64,000 nt of DNA from an uncultured Clostridium sp. (GCA_902493795.1 CABUQZ010000007.1:4401-68400); one strand, 5' to 3'; shown: positions 47,223 to 56,330, numbered from the stretch's first letter. Numbers and translations: made by a program. Notes: generated by a model not told the origin, from the sequence alone.

Positions 47223-48218
47223 ATGATGTCATTGCAAGACATAAAAAATTTAAAAGTAAACCTGGAAAACAAGATATTAGAAAGTGATCAAGTTATGATA
47301 ATGCCTCATAAAAGTGCAGATTTTGATGCTATTGCATCATCTATAGGTATGTCACTAATATCACAAGAACTAAAAAAAGATAATCACATAGTGATAGGTG
47401 ATGCAATATATGATCTTGATCATGGAGTTCAAAATATAATAGAAGATATAAAAAATAGTCATTCTATAATATGTGTTGATGATTATGAAGGAAAGAAAAC
47501 AAAAGATACGCTTAATATACTATGTGATGTTAATAAACCAAAATTGACATATGTTCAAAACTTTGACAAAGATCATCTAGCAATAATAGATCATCATGAC
47601 AAAGATAGTGAAACATTTGATGCAGCAATTGAGCACATCGATACAACAGTATCAAGTACTTCAGAGATGCTAGTGTGCCTTTTAGGAGCATATAAAATAC
47701 ATATACCAGCTAATATTGCTAATATTCTATTAACTGGAATATTGTTAGATACTAATAGATTATCTAAAAATGTATCAAGAGATACAATGAAAGCAGTTAC
47801 TAAGTTGCTTGAAAAAGGTGCTTCTATGGATAAAGCTGGAGAGTTTTTTACTGAAGACTTCAATAGCGATAGAAGAGTTCAAGAACTAGTAAGTAGTACT
47901 AAGTTTTTAAATTATACAACTGCAGTAATAAAAGCAGGAGAAGATAAAGAATACACAAAAGAAGAACTAGCTAAAGCTGCTGATTATTTACTTCGCTACA
48001 AAGTGGACGCTGCATACGCAATAGGAAATATTGGAAATGGAATAATATCAATAAGTGCAAGAAGTAAAGAGTCAGTTAATGTTGGTGACGTTATGAGAGA
48101 ATTAGGTGGAGGAGGAAATCAGTTTTCTGGAGCTACAAAACTAGAAGGAACAACAATAGAAGAAACTGAAAAAAAACTACAAAAAATAATTCTTCCATAT
48201 TATAGTGTTAAAAAATAA
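47223..48218 (+). CDS. DHH/DHHA1 family phosphoesterase (NrnA/GdpP-like catalytic core)
   Basis: DFDAIAS, IIDHHD (DHH) and GGGGN (DHHA1) motifs. 331 aa. Confidence 0.7.
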   Translation: MMSLQDIKNLKVNLENKILESDQVMIMPHKSADFDAIASSIGMSLISQELKKDNHIVIGDAIYDLDHGVQNIIEDIKNSHSIICVDDYEGKKTKDTLNILCDVNKPKLTYVQNFDKDHLAIIDHHDKDSETFDAAIEHIDTTVSSTSEMLVCLLGAYKIHIPANIANILLTGILLDTNRLSKNVSRDTMKAVTKLLEKGASMDKAGEFFTEDFNSDRRVQELVSSTKFLNYTTAVIKAGEDKEYTKEELAKAADYLLRYKVDAAYAIGNIGNGIISISARSKESVNVGDVMRELGGGGNQFSGATKLEGTTIEETEKKLQKIILPYYSVKK

Positions 48219-48246
48219 AAAAACTGTTCCAACGCGAACAGTTTTA
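48219..48246 (+). terminator. Rho-independent terminator
   Basis: AAAACTGTTC-CAACGC-GAACAGTTTT. Confidence 0.75.
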
Positions 48247-48252
48247 AAATGC

Positions 48253-48356
48253 AAAAAAATAGAAGTGCCTCCCCCTGAGAAGGCACCTCATAAAAAGAAT
48301 AAAAAGGGGTTGGCTAGTGTGATACTAGCGACCAATTCGCCAATTACGAATTGGTG
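48253..48356 (-). ncRNA. candidate small RNA (~100 nt), family not recognised
   Basis: On the minus strand it has its own promoter and three hairpins: ACCAATTCG-TAATTGG-CGAATTGGT, GCTAGT-ATCAC-ACTAGC followed by CCCCTTTTTT, and a terminator GTGCCT-(10 nt)-AGGCAC followed by TTCTATTTTTTT. No credible ORF. Confidence 0.45.
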
Positions 48357-48362
48357 ATTTCT

Positions 48363-48391
48363 ATCTTAATCTAAAGGTCAATTTTTGTCAA
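48363..48391 (-). promoter_or_regulatory. promoter of the candidate sRNA
   Basis: Minus strand: TTGACA (48391-48386), 17-nt spacer, TAAGAT (48368-48363). Confidence 0.5.
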
Positions 48392-48484
48392 GTAAAAAAA
48401 ATATTTTTTTAATTAAATTTACTTTTTAAAAAAATAAATATATATTATAAGTACAAAGAAAAAGAAAAGGAGGATAGTTTTTAA

Positions 48485-48919
48485 GTGAGAAGTAATAGTT
48501 TGTTTATTGGAATTATCGGGACTGTTGCTGCTTTTATTACTGCAGCTAATGTCAAAAGTTTAGGAACAAACATCAGTATTACTAATCAAAAAGATGATAG
48601 CATAATAGCTACAGAAACAAGTATACCTAAAAAAGATCAACTATTAGGAACATACGTGGCAAAAAACGATAAGAATACTAAATTAATTTTAAAGAATGAT
48701 GGAACATATTCTTTAACAATTGATGTTTGTGAGGACTATTTATTATTAACGGGAAAGTATGAACTAAGAGATTCTAATTTAAAACTTCATAATAATTCTA
48801 AATATCACGAAGATTTAGATGGAAATGAAGAGTTATCATTCACTATATTAGATGAGAACACAATCATATCTAATGAAAGACTAGTTTGTACAACACAGGA
48901 AACATTGTTTGAAAAATAA
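48485..48919 (+). CDS. hypothetical exported or membrane-anchored protein
   Basis: 144 aa, GTG start after AAGGAGG, N-terminal hydrophobic segment. Confidence 0.45.
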   Translation: MRSNSLFIGIIGTVAAFITAANVKSLGTNISITNQKDDSIIATETSIPKKDQLLGTYVAKNDKNTKLILKNDGTYSLTIDVCEDYLLLTGKYELRDSNLKLHNNSKYHEDLDGNEELSFTILDENTIISNERLVCTTQETLFEK

Positions 48920-48980
48920 CAATGTTTTTTTCTTTAAAAAAAAGCAAAAGTGTGGTATAATACACTGCAGAAAGTGAGTG

Positions 48981-50984
48981 ATGTCGATGGATAAATTATC
49001 TAAAGTAAAAGGGGTAGGGCCAAAGACGGAATTACTTCTTAATAAGCTAGATATTTATAATATCGATGATTTAGTTACTCATTATCCTTTTAGATATGAT
49101 GTTCTAAGAAGAACAGATTTAAAAAGCATAACTAGCCCTGATCAAAAAATAGTAGTAGATGGAAAAGTAGAAAGTATTCCTCTAGTTATAAGATTTAGAG
49201 GTGGTACTAATAAATTAAACTTTAGGTTAAGTACATCATCAGGTATGGTAGGAGTATCTATATTTGGAAGAGCCTTTTTAAAGCAAAATTTACCAATTGG
49301 AGAAAAAATAATAGTAATAGGAAAATATGATTCCTCTAAAAATATAATAACAGCATCTGATATAAAGTTTGGTGTCTTAACAAATCAAGATAAGATTGAA
49401 TCTGTCTATCACTCAACTAGTGGCCTAACTCAAAAAAGCTTAACAACGATAATTAATAATGCCTTAATGACTTATGGAAACGTAATAAATGATAGCATTC
49501 CTAAATACTTATTAGATAAATATAACTTTTTAAACAAAAAGACAGCTTTAAATATTGTACATAATCCACCAAATTATGAGAAACTTAAAGAAGCAAGTCT
49601 TAGATTAAAATATGAAGAATTATTTGAATTTATGTTTAAAATAAACTATTTAAGAGAAACTAATAAGAAAGACAATGCTGGTATTGAAAGAAGAACAGAT
49701 AAAGATATAAATGATTTTATAAAAAATTTACCATTTGATTTAACAAATGACCAAAAAAATGCTCTAGATGAAATTATAAAAGATTTATCAAGTAACCAAA
49801 GAATGAATAGATTATTACAAGGAGACGTTGGAAGTGGTAAGACAATAGTAGCTATACTTGCAATGTATTATAACTATCTTTGTGGATATCAAAGTGCCTT
49901 GATGGCTCCTACAGAAATACTTGCTGTACAACATTACAATAATATTAAAGAGTTATTTAAAGACACAGGAATAGTAGTAGAACTTCTAACAGGAGCAATC
50001 TCTAAAAAAGATAAACAACCAATATATGAAGATTTAAAAAATGGAAGTATTAATATAATTATAGGTACTCATGCTCTAATACAGGAAGAAGTAGAATATA
50101 AAAATCTAGGTTTAGTAGTAACTGATGAGCAACATAGATTTGGAGTTAATCAACGATTAAATTTAAAAAATAAAGGAACAAAGCCAGATGTCCTTTATAT
50201 GAGTGCAACTCCAATACCTAGAACATATGCATTAACAATATATGGAGATATGGATGTTTCAATTATTAAGGAAATGCCAAAAGGAAGAATTCCTGTAGAA
50301 ACAAAAGTATTTAATAATAAAGAAACTAAAGAAGTATATCATTTGATGGAAGAAGAGTTAAAAAACAATCATCAAATATATGTTATTGCGCCATTAATAG
50401 AAGAAAATGAAGAACTTGATCTAACTAATGTTTATACTTTAAGAGATAAAATGAACTTAATATTTGGAAACAAATACAAGATAGATATAGTTCATGGAAA
50501 AATGAAACCTAAAGAAAAAGATCTTATTATGGAAGAGTATAAGCAGAATGTAGTTAACATACTAATAAGTACTACTGTAATTGAAGTAGGAGTAGATGTA
50601 CCAAATGCTACTATGATTGTAATATTTGATGCCAATAGATTTGGTCTTTCTACACTACATCAGTTAAGAGGAAGAGTAGGAAGAAGTTCTATAAAATCTA
50701 AATGTTTATTAATAAGTGATAAAGAAGATGAAAAACGTTTAGAAATAATGGAAAAAGTAACAGATGGTTTTGTAATAAGTGAAGAGGATTTTAAATTGCG
50801 TGGATCTGGTGATTTGTTTGGAACAAAGCAAAGTGGTGATATGACATTTAAAATGGCTAATTTAAAAAATGATTATAAAATACTTGTTCAAGCCAAAAAT
50901 GATTCTAAAGAGTATTTAGAAAGCAAAGAATACGATAATGATGAATTAAAACTAAGACTTATTAATTCAATAGGAACAGATTAA
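48981..50984 (+). CDS. recG: ATP-dependent DNA helicase RecG
   Basis: Wedge/OB N-terminus plus GDVGSGKT, DEQHRFG and QLRGRVGR helicase motifs. The start is ambiguous (48978, 48981 or 48987). Confidence 0.95.
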   Translation: MSMDKLSKVKGVGPKTELLLNKLDIYNIDDLVTHYPFRYDVLRRTDLKSITSPDQKIVVDGKVESIPLVIRFRGGTNKLNFRLSTSSGMVGVSIFGRAFLKQNLPIGEKIIVIGKYDSSKNIITASDIKFGVLTNQDKIESVYHSTSGLTQKSLTTIINNALMTYGNVINDSIPKYLLDKYNFLNKKTALNIVHNPPNYEKLKEASLRLKYEELFEFMFKINYLRETNKKDNAGIERRTDKDINDFIKNLPFDLTNDQKNALDEIIKDLSSNQRMNRLLQGDVGSGKTIVAILAMYYNYLCGYQSALMAPTEILAVQHYNNIKELFKDTGIVVELLTGAISKKDKQPIYEDLKNGSINIIIGTHALIQEEVEYKNLGLVVTDEQHRFGVNQRLNLKNKGTKPDVLYMSATPIPRTYALTIYGDMDVSIIKEMPKGRIPVETKVFNNKETKEVYHLMEEELKNNHQIYVIAPLIEENEELDLTNVYTLRDKMNLIFGNKYKIDIVHGKMKPKEKDLIMEEYKQNVVNILISTTVIEVGVDVPNATMIVIFDANRFGLSTLHQLRGRVGRSSIKSKCLLISDKEDEKRLEIMEKVTDGFVISEEDFKLRGSGDLFGTKQSGDMTFKMANLKNDYKILVQAKNDSKEYLESKEYDNDELKLRLINSIGTD

Positions 50985-51016
50985 AAAAAGAACTAGTTAT
51001 TTAGTTCTATTTTTTT
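50983..51016. terminator. Bidirectional terminator between convergent genes
   Basis: AGAACTA-GTTATT-TAGTTCT flanked by A7 and T-rich runs. Confidence 0.65.
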
Positions 51017-51816
51017 AATGTAAACGTTTTAAATATTTTAAAATATTCACTATTATCATCAGGACCTTCAATACCAATGTAATGAGTATTGCCATCTTCT
51101 GCTTCAAAGCACCAAACATATAGCCATATTTTATCTTTCTCATAATATCCTGATACTTGATATGCATTATAATTTGATATTTGAATTCTTGCTCCTTGAA
51201 GATCTTTTACTCCTTCTTTACTTAGCTGCGCTGCAACTGCTTTAGCGTAAGTTTCAGCACCTACCTCACTAGTTGCCATAGCATCTAGAGTAATAATATA
51301 TTTAGCATCTTCACTAGAATATTGCAATCCACGAACAGCATTAACATCTTGAAATTTAACCCATTCTTCAGGTATTTCAACATAACCTAAAGTGTTGTTT
51401 CCAACCGTTTTAGTTGTTTTTTCTTCAACAGGTGGATTTTCTTTAACGTCATTATTATCTTTTCCATCACTATCGCTTGTATTAATAATAATTATAGTAA
51501 CAATAATTACTATAACAAATACAATAAAAGCAGCAATACCAATTAAAGCAGTTTTGCTAAGGTTAAATGGCGTCTTTTTCTTTTTATTGTTGTTTTGATA
51601 ATTATATCCATAATTTTGATTATACTGTGGATATTGATTATTATAGTATCCATTTTGGTTATAATACTGACCATTTTGATTGTAGTATTGGCCATTATTG
51701 TAGTATTGTCCGTTGTAATAACCATTTTGGTTGCTATACTGTCCATTATAGTATTGACCGTTTTGATAAGGATAATTATTTTGATTATTCTTGTTACGTC
51801 TTCCCACACACACCAC
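51007..51816 (-). CDS. single-pass membrane protein with a Q/N/Y-rich low-complexity cytoplasmic N-terminus
   Basis: (NGQYYN)-type repeats, TM (LIGIAAFIVFVIVIIVTIIII) and an external domain of about 150 aa. The GTG start overlaps its SD, so the true start may lie a few codons downstream. Confidence 0.55.
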   Translation of the reverse strand: MVCVGRRNKNNQNNYPYQNGQYYNGQYSNQNGYYNGQYYNNGQYYNQNGQYYNQNGYYNNQYPQYNQNYGYNYQNNNKKKKTPFNLSKTALIGIAAFIVFVIVIIVTIIIINTSDSDGKDNNDVKENPPVEEKTTKTVGNNTLGYVEIPEEWVKFQDVNAVRGLQYSSEDAKYIITLDAMATSEVGAETYAKAVAAQLSKEGVKDLQGARIQISNYNAYQVSGYYEKDKIWLYVWCFEAEDGNTHYIGIEGPDDNSEYFKIFKTFTLKK

Positions 51817-51910
51817 TCCTATATTAAAAATATTACCACAATTATTAATAAGTTTCCATAAATATATAAAAAATATTTAAATATTTTACAAAGAAAAAAG
51901 AGCAGAGCTC

Positions 51911-52162
51911 TTATTTATTCTTAACTTTATTAAAAATTTGTTTAACTTGAGAAGCTTTTACATTGCTTACTTCATACCAACCATGCATAGTCATAGTATC
52001 ATAAGTATCAGCCTGATGAGTTAAAGTGTTAGATAATCCAGCATTTAAAAGTTCTCTAACATCTTGATTTGAACTTTCTAAAGTTCCATGAACATATACT
52101 TCTACAGTACTTTTTAGAATTAGTAAATAGTTATCCATTAATTGTTGATCATTCATTTGCAT
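51911..52162 (-). CDS. spore coat protein, CotF-like
   Basis: 83 aa. MNDQQLMDNYLLILKSTVEVYVHGTLESSNQDVRELL..THQADTYD..HGWY matches the Coat F pattern. Confidence 0.65.
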   Translation of the reverse strand: MQMNDQQLMDNYLLILKSTVEVYVHGTLESSNQDVRELLNAGLSNTLTHQADTYDTMTMHGWYEVSNVKASQVKQIFNKVKNK

Positions 52163-52340
52163 AGTCCTCCAATAAATTAATAAGCTCTACTTTGAAAGCA
52201 ATATGTTCATTAAGTTCTTCTTTCATAAATTCTTTTAATTCTTCATCTTGTAAATTATTTATTGTATCAGTTACTATTGCAATAATATTAGTTTCATGCC
52301 CAACGGCATCTTCTACATATAACAATTCTTTTTGTGTCAT
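52149..52340 (-). CDS. small spore-coat-associated protein (CotF-operon partner)
   Basis: ATG 52340 follows GGAGGA. MTQKELLYVEDAVGHE is typical of N-terminal Coat F-like partners. It overlaps the downstream gene by 14 nt. Confidence 0.5.
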   Translation of the reverse strand: MTQKELLYVEDAVGHETNIIAIVTDTINNLQDEELKEFMKEELNEHIAFKVELINLLEDYANE

Positions 52341-52413
52341 ATTTTCCTCCTCACAAGTATTATTTACAAGAAAAAAATTTTTAAACATAAAAAAAGAAAT
52401 ATTTTAAATATTT

Positions 52414-53076
52414 CTAATTGTTATAGTATTTTTTAACATCCTCATATATTCTTTCGATTTCATTAGTTGCATATCCAAATTCTTCTAACAATCCTAAAAG
52501 ATAATCTTCATTGTAATGCTTTACAATGTAGTTGACATACAAAAGCCATCCATCAAAACAGTTAGATCCGTATAAAATATCTTCTAATGAATAGTCAAAT
52601 TTAAGGGTAGAAATATCTTTCTGTTCACTATAATATTGGGCAATACCTTCAAGAATACATTTACAAGGTATTGGAAATTCCCTCAAATAACAATATTCAA
52701 AAGTTACAAAATGAATATATTCATGAAATAATGCTTTCAAATAATATGACATTACATTTAAAGAATCTTGTAATATATTTTTATGAGTTGTATTTTTGTA
52801 ATCACGAAGAGATAAATAATAAATATTTCCTTTATATGAAGTAGTTCCAACATTCCATTCTGGAATAGGGGAATCATTATTTCTTATCTTTTGTAATGTT
52901 TCGTCATATTCTTTTTTTGTAGGGATGATAAAGATATTTGCCTTTTTTTGAGGAACAAATCCAAATAATTTAAATATTGTTTTAGCATTATTATTAAGAT
53001 AGTTTTCAATAGATTTTACAAGTTCGAAGTCAGCTTCATCATATGAATAAATAGCGTAATTACCAATTAATTGCAT
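52414..53076 (-). CDS. hypothetical protein with an HExxH motif (possible zinc metallopeptidase)
   Basis: 220 aa. LFHEYIHFVT. Confidence 0.4.
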   Translation of the reverse strand: MQLIGNYAIYSYDEADFELVKSIENYLNNNAKTIFKLFGFVPQKKANIFIIPTKKEYDETLQKIRNNDSPIPEWNVGTTSYKGNIYYLSLRDYKNTTHKNILQDSLNVMSYYLKALFHEYIHFVTFEYCYLREFPIPCKCILEGIAQYYSEQKDISTLKFDYSLEDILYGSNCFDGWLLYVNYIVKHYNEDYLLGLLEEFGYATNEIERIYEDVKKYYNN

Positions 53077-53163
53077 ATTAAACCTCCGTTATTATATAAA
53101 GATTATATCATTATTAATAAAAAAATACTATTTAAATTATTGATAAACTTTTTGTTTAAATCA

Positions 53164-53192
53164 ATTGACATTTAGTTAATTCCATATTATGA
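53164..53192 (+). promoter_or_regulatory. sigma-A-type promoter
   Basis: TTGACA (53164-53169), 17-nt spacer, TATGAT. Confidence 0.5.
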
Positions 53193-53198
53193 TTAATG

Positions 53199-53303
53199 TG
53201 CATGATGATAAAACATTATGCGTTTCACTCTTACGGACTTAATGTGAGAGTGTATTCAACCAAAACCCCCTGAGCCGGTCCTTAATTGGGCCGGTATTTT
53301 TTT
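53199..53303 (+). ncRNA. candidate small RNA or leader (~105 nt) ending in a GC-rich intrinsic terminator
   Basis: Internal hairpin CACTCT-(15 nt)-AGAGTG. Terminator CCGGTCC-TTAATT-GGGCCGG followed by TATTTTTTT. No ORF. The locally GC-rich sequence stands out from its AT-rich surroundings. Confidence 0.4.
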
Positions 53304-53350
53304 GCCCCAATTTATAAGGGTTTGTAGGGGATAGAATCCGTGATTTTTAT

Positions 53351-53372
53351 TTTAGGTACGATTTAGGTACGA
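53351..53372 (+). repeat. Perfect tandem 11-mer TTTAGGTACGA x2
   Basis: Seen directly at the left edge of the island. Confidence 0.9.
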
Positions 53373-53453
53373 ATTTTCAATGTTTTTAAAGTCAAAACAA
53401 GGGTACTTTAATAAAAAATAGTATAATTATGATATAATTGTTGTGGTGATATA

Positions 53454-54230
53454 ATGCAAACTGAAAGAACTAAGGTTGATTGGTGCTTTAATAAAAAAGC
53501 TAAAGAGGTTGGATATTGGTATTATGTTAATGATTTGGTAACAAATATTTCTAAAAATGGAAACATTTATTCTTGCGATATAGATAAATATAATACTAGG
53601 GTTGAATTTTCCACTAACAGAAAAGAAGAAATTGATGACTTAGAGTGTAATTGTTCATTTTATGAAAATGAAGATAATTTTTGCCCACATGTTTATGCTT
53701 TAGTTTGCTATGCTTTTAAAGTACTTAAAAAATCAAGTGGATATAGTGTTAAATTATTAGAAAAGTATAAAAATATAAATATAAATAAAATCAAAAAAGA
53801 ATTTGATAATGGCAATATTGATTTAATGGATTTAGATATTTTAGGGTATAAATATGAAAGTTTGTTTCCTGATAGAAATAATGAACCGTTATTTGATAGA
53901 TTGGATGAATATATAGAGAGTATGCCAATGGAAGTGCTAGAAAAAGCTAAAAATCAAACTATTTTAGAAGGTGAAGATACAAGCATTTTAGACAAAGCTA
54001 TTAAAAATAAATTAGCGCAGCAAAAAAAATTAGAAGAACAAGAAAGACTAGAAAGAAAAAGAATGAGAAGAGCTATCTTTGCGGGATTTATAGATGGATT
54101 ATTTAATAGTAGTAAAGGTAGTAAACAAGAACAAATAAATATATATGAAAAAGATTATGAACCATATCAATTTGAAGAAGAAGAATTAGAAGAAGATGAT
54201 TATTATTATGAAGATGATAATGAAAAATAA
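53454..54230 (+). CDS. SWIM zinc-finger protein with a coiled-coil and acidic tail
   Basis: CNCSFYENEDNFCPH gives CxCx9CxH (nt 53646-53690). A K/E/R coiled-coil segment follows, and the protein ends EEEELEEDDYYYEDDNEK. Confidence 0.55.
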   Translation: MQTERTKVDWCFNKKAKEVGYWYYVNDLVTNISKNGNIYSCDIDKYNTRVEFSTNRKEEIDDLECNCSFYENEDNFCPHVYALVCYAFKVLKKSSGYSVKLLEKYKNININKIKKEFDNGNIDLMDLDILGYKYESLFPDRNNEPLFDRLDEYIESMPMEVLEKAKNQTILEGEDTSILDKAIKNKLAQQKKLEEQERLERKRMRRAIFAGFIDGLFNSSKGSKQEQINIYEKDYEPYQFEEEELEEDDYYYEDDNEK

Positions 54231-54284
54231 AATATGGTATAATTTTATTTTTTGTAGCATTATATAAAGAAATAAGGTGATTGT

Positions 54285-55226
54285 TTGAAGTCAAGTTGTA
54301 GATCATTAAAATTATCTATAGTATTAGGGGTATTTTTTATAATATCAACAATTATATTATCTATATTAAGTTTAAAATGTAGTAATGAAGTAATAGATAT
54401 TATATTAAATATTTCAATTGGGTTACTTGGAAGTACAATGGTGGCTTTATTGTTAAATATACCTGCGTATGATGTTTCAAAAAGGCAACTTTTAGAAAGA
54501 TTTTGGCACGAGAGTAGAAGGTTGATTTCAAGATTCAGCAAGATTGATTATTTATTTAATGAATATAATGAAGAAAATATAGTTAAATATATTAATGCAT
54601 TAAATAATAAAAAATGGACTGAGGTCTATAATCAATTAACCCCTGAAAATAAAATTGATTGTAAAGAAAAACAATACAAAAAACTTTTGGTAGATGAATA
54701 TATTTTAAATAATCCAGATTTAGAAAGTAAAATTTCAAAATCAGGATTAAAAACATTTGCTAATGAACAAGTGGATAAATATATAGAAAAATTCAGAAAA
54801 AAGGCTGAAATAGTCTTTAAACAATATATTAATTTAGCTAAAGAAAGCACAAAAGAAATGAATTTTATGTTGGGTGATATGCAATTTCTTTCTGGAAATA
54901 AACCTTATGAAAAAATTCATAAAAAAATGTATCAACCATTATTCGATATGCTTGATAAAATAAAAGAACAAAGTTATCATTTTAATTTATATTTAGAGGG
55001 TCATGGAAATGAAGCTGTATGTATAGAAAAAATTTTTGAATTACAAAAGCAATTGTTTAAATTAAAAATAGAAGAAAATGAAACTGTAAAAAATTATACT
55101 GTAATGGGAACTTTTAATGATAATATGTTGATAAATTTAGAAGAATTTAGAGCTGATATGTATAATATAGAACCTGAAAAACAAAATATACATCCTATAT
55201 TATTTAAAAGTCATAAAAAAAGATAA
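54285..55226 (+). CDS. 2-TM membrane protein with a ~240-aa helical cytoplasmic domain (candidate effector)
   Basis: TTG start after AAGGTGA. TMs are LSIVLGVFFIISTIILSILSL and ISIGLLGSTMVALLLNIPAY. Its stop abuts the integrase stop. Confidence 0.45.
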   Translation: MKSSCRSLKLSIVLGVFFIISTIILSILSLKCSNEVIDIILNISIGLLGSTMVALLLNIPAYDVSKRQLLERFWHESRRLISRFSKIDYLFNEYNEENIVKYINALNNKKWTEVYNQLTPENKIDCKEKQYKKLLVDEYILNNPDLESKISKSGLKTFANEQVDKYIEKFRKKAEIVFKQYINLAKESTKEMNFMLGDMQFLSGNKPYEKIHKKMYQPLFDMLDKIKEQSYHFNLYLEGHGNEAVCIEKIFELQKQLFKLKIEENETVKNYTVMGTFNDNMLINLEEFRADMYNIEPEKQNIHPILFKSHKKR

Positions 55227-56330
55227 CTATTCCAAGTTATCTATAATACTCACAACATTATCGAGGGCAGTACTGAACATATGAGAATATGTATTTAGTG
55301 TTTCCTCGATTTTTGTATGTCCTAAAAATTTGGCAACTAATGTAACATTAGCTCCATTGTTAATTAATAATGAAGCACATGAATGTCTAAAGTCATGTAA
55401 TCTTATTGATTTCAATCCAGCTTTGTTTGCTATCAAAGTTCTTCTATCATATATAGTGGTATCACTAATAGGTCTTGCGTCAGATACAACAAAGAAATCA
55501 TCGTTAAAGTTACAATATTCCTTTTTAGACTGCTCGTAGAGCATTTTAAGGTCGTTTAGAAGGACTTTTGTGATAGGAACAATGCGATAACTATCTTTTG
55601 TCTTTGTATCCGAAAATTCGAACTTCGTGCGGTTATTTAACTGGGTAATTTGTTTGTTAACAGATAATACCTTTTTATCAAAATAAATATCTTTCCAAGT
55701 TAAACCTTTTAATTCACCTTTACGTAGTCCACAATAATAAAATATTTCAAATACACATTTCCATCTAAGATCATCTTCACAAGAAATAAACTTCTTAAAC
55801 TCTTCGTAGTTATAGTAAGACATTTCTTTTCTTCTTTCGTTAGGATCTTGGAACTTTGTCATTTTATTATAAAAATTGTTAAAATTAAATCCATGCCATT
55901 TAACTCCAAAGTTAAGAATAGATCTAAGAAATTTATAAATATCATTTTTATATCGTAAAGATAAACCAGCTTTATTTATGTCTCTTTTCCATTGCTCAAA
56001 TTGCATAATGTTAAAATCTTTAATTTTTACGGGAAAGAAGCATTCAATATACTTTTCTTTATGATTATAACCACATAATGTAGTAGCTTTCATTATTTCA
56101 TCATTATGCATTCTAAATTCATCATATAGATCTTTAAACGTCATATTATTATCTTCAACCTTATCAGTAGAAGTAACCATAAACATTCTTTCAGCATCAA
56201 CAGCTTCTTTTTTAGTTGCAAACTTTTTTGATTTATATTGATCCGGTTTACCAAAAGAATCAGTATAATTTACTTTAAAATACCAACATCTACCATCTTT
56301 GGTAGCCTTTTTATCTTTATATATTGGCAC
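55227..56330 (-). CDS. int: tyrosine-type site-specific integrase
   Basis: C-terminal catalytic signature ..GLRKGE..(R), IRLHDFRHSCASLL (HxxR), LGHTKIEETLNTYSHM (H..Y). GTG start. 367 aa. Confidence 0.9.
   Translation of the reverse strand: MPIYKDKKATKDGRCWYFKVNYTDSFGKPDQYKSKKFATKKEAVDAERMFMVTSTDKVEDNNMTFKDLYDEFRMHNDEIMKATTLCGYNHKEKYIECFFPVKIKDFNIMQFEQWKRDINKAGLSLRYKNDIYKFLRSILNFGVKWHGFNFNNFYNKMTKFQDPNERRKEMSYYNYEEFKKFISCEDDLRWKCVFEIFYYCGLRKGELKGLTWKDIYFDKKVLSVNKQITQLNNRTKFEFSDTKTKDSYRIVPITKVLLNDLKMLYEQSKKEYCNFNDDFFVVSDARPISDTTIYDRRTLIANKAGLKSIRLHDFRHSCASLLINNGANVTLVAKFLGHTKIEETLNTYSHMFSTALDNVVSIIDNLE

Noticed and set aside
48253-48300. 15-codon ORF (MRCLLRGRHFYFFAF) inside the minus-strand sRNA candidate, as a possible type I toxin
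   Set aside because: It is too short, has no hydrophobic TM segment and no SD, and it overlaps the terminator hairpin.
51392-51861. Four overlapping ORFs on both strands (51392..51598, 51543..51809, 51567..51827, 51595..51861)
   Set aside because: All derive from the Q/N/Y-rich repeat DNA of 51007..51816. Only that frame continues into a TM helix and a non-repetitive domain.
53199-53303. tRNA or tmRNA 3' end as the island's integration target
   Set aside because: I could find no T-arm (GTTCGAATC-like), no acceptor/CCA context and no cloverleaf. It is kept only as an unclassified sRNA or leader candidate.
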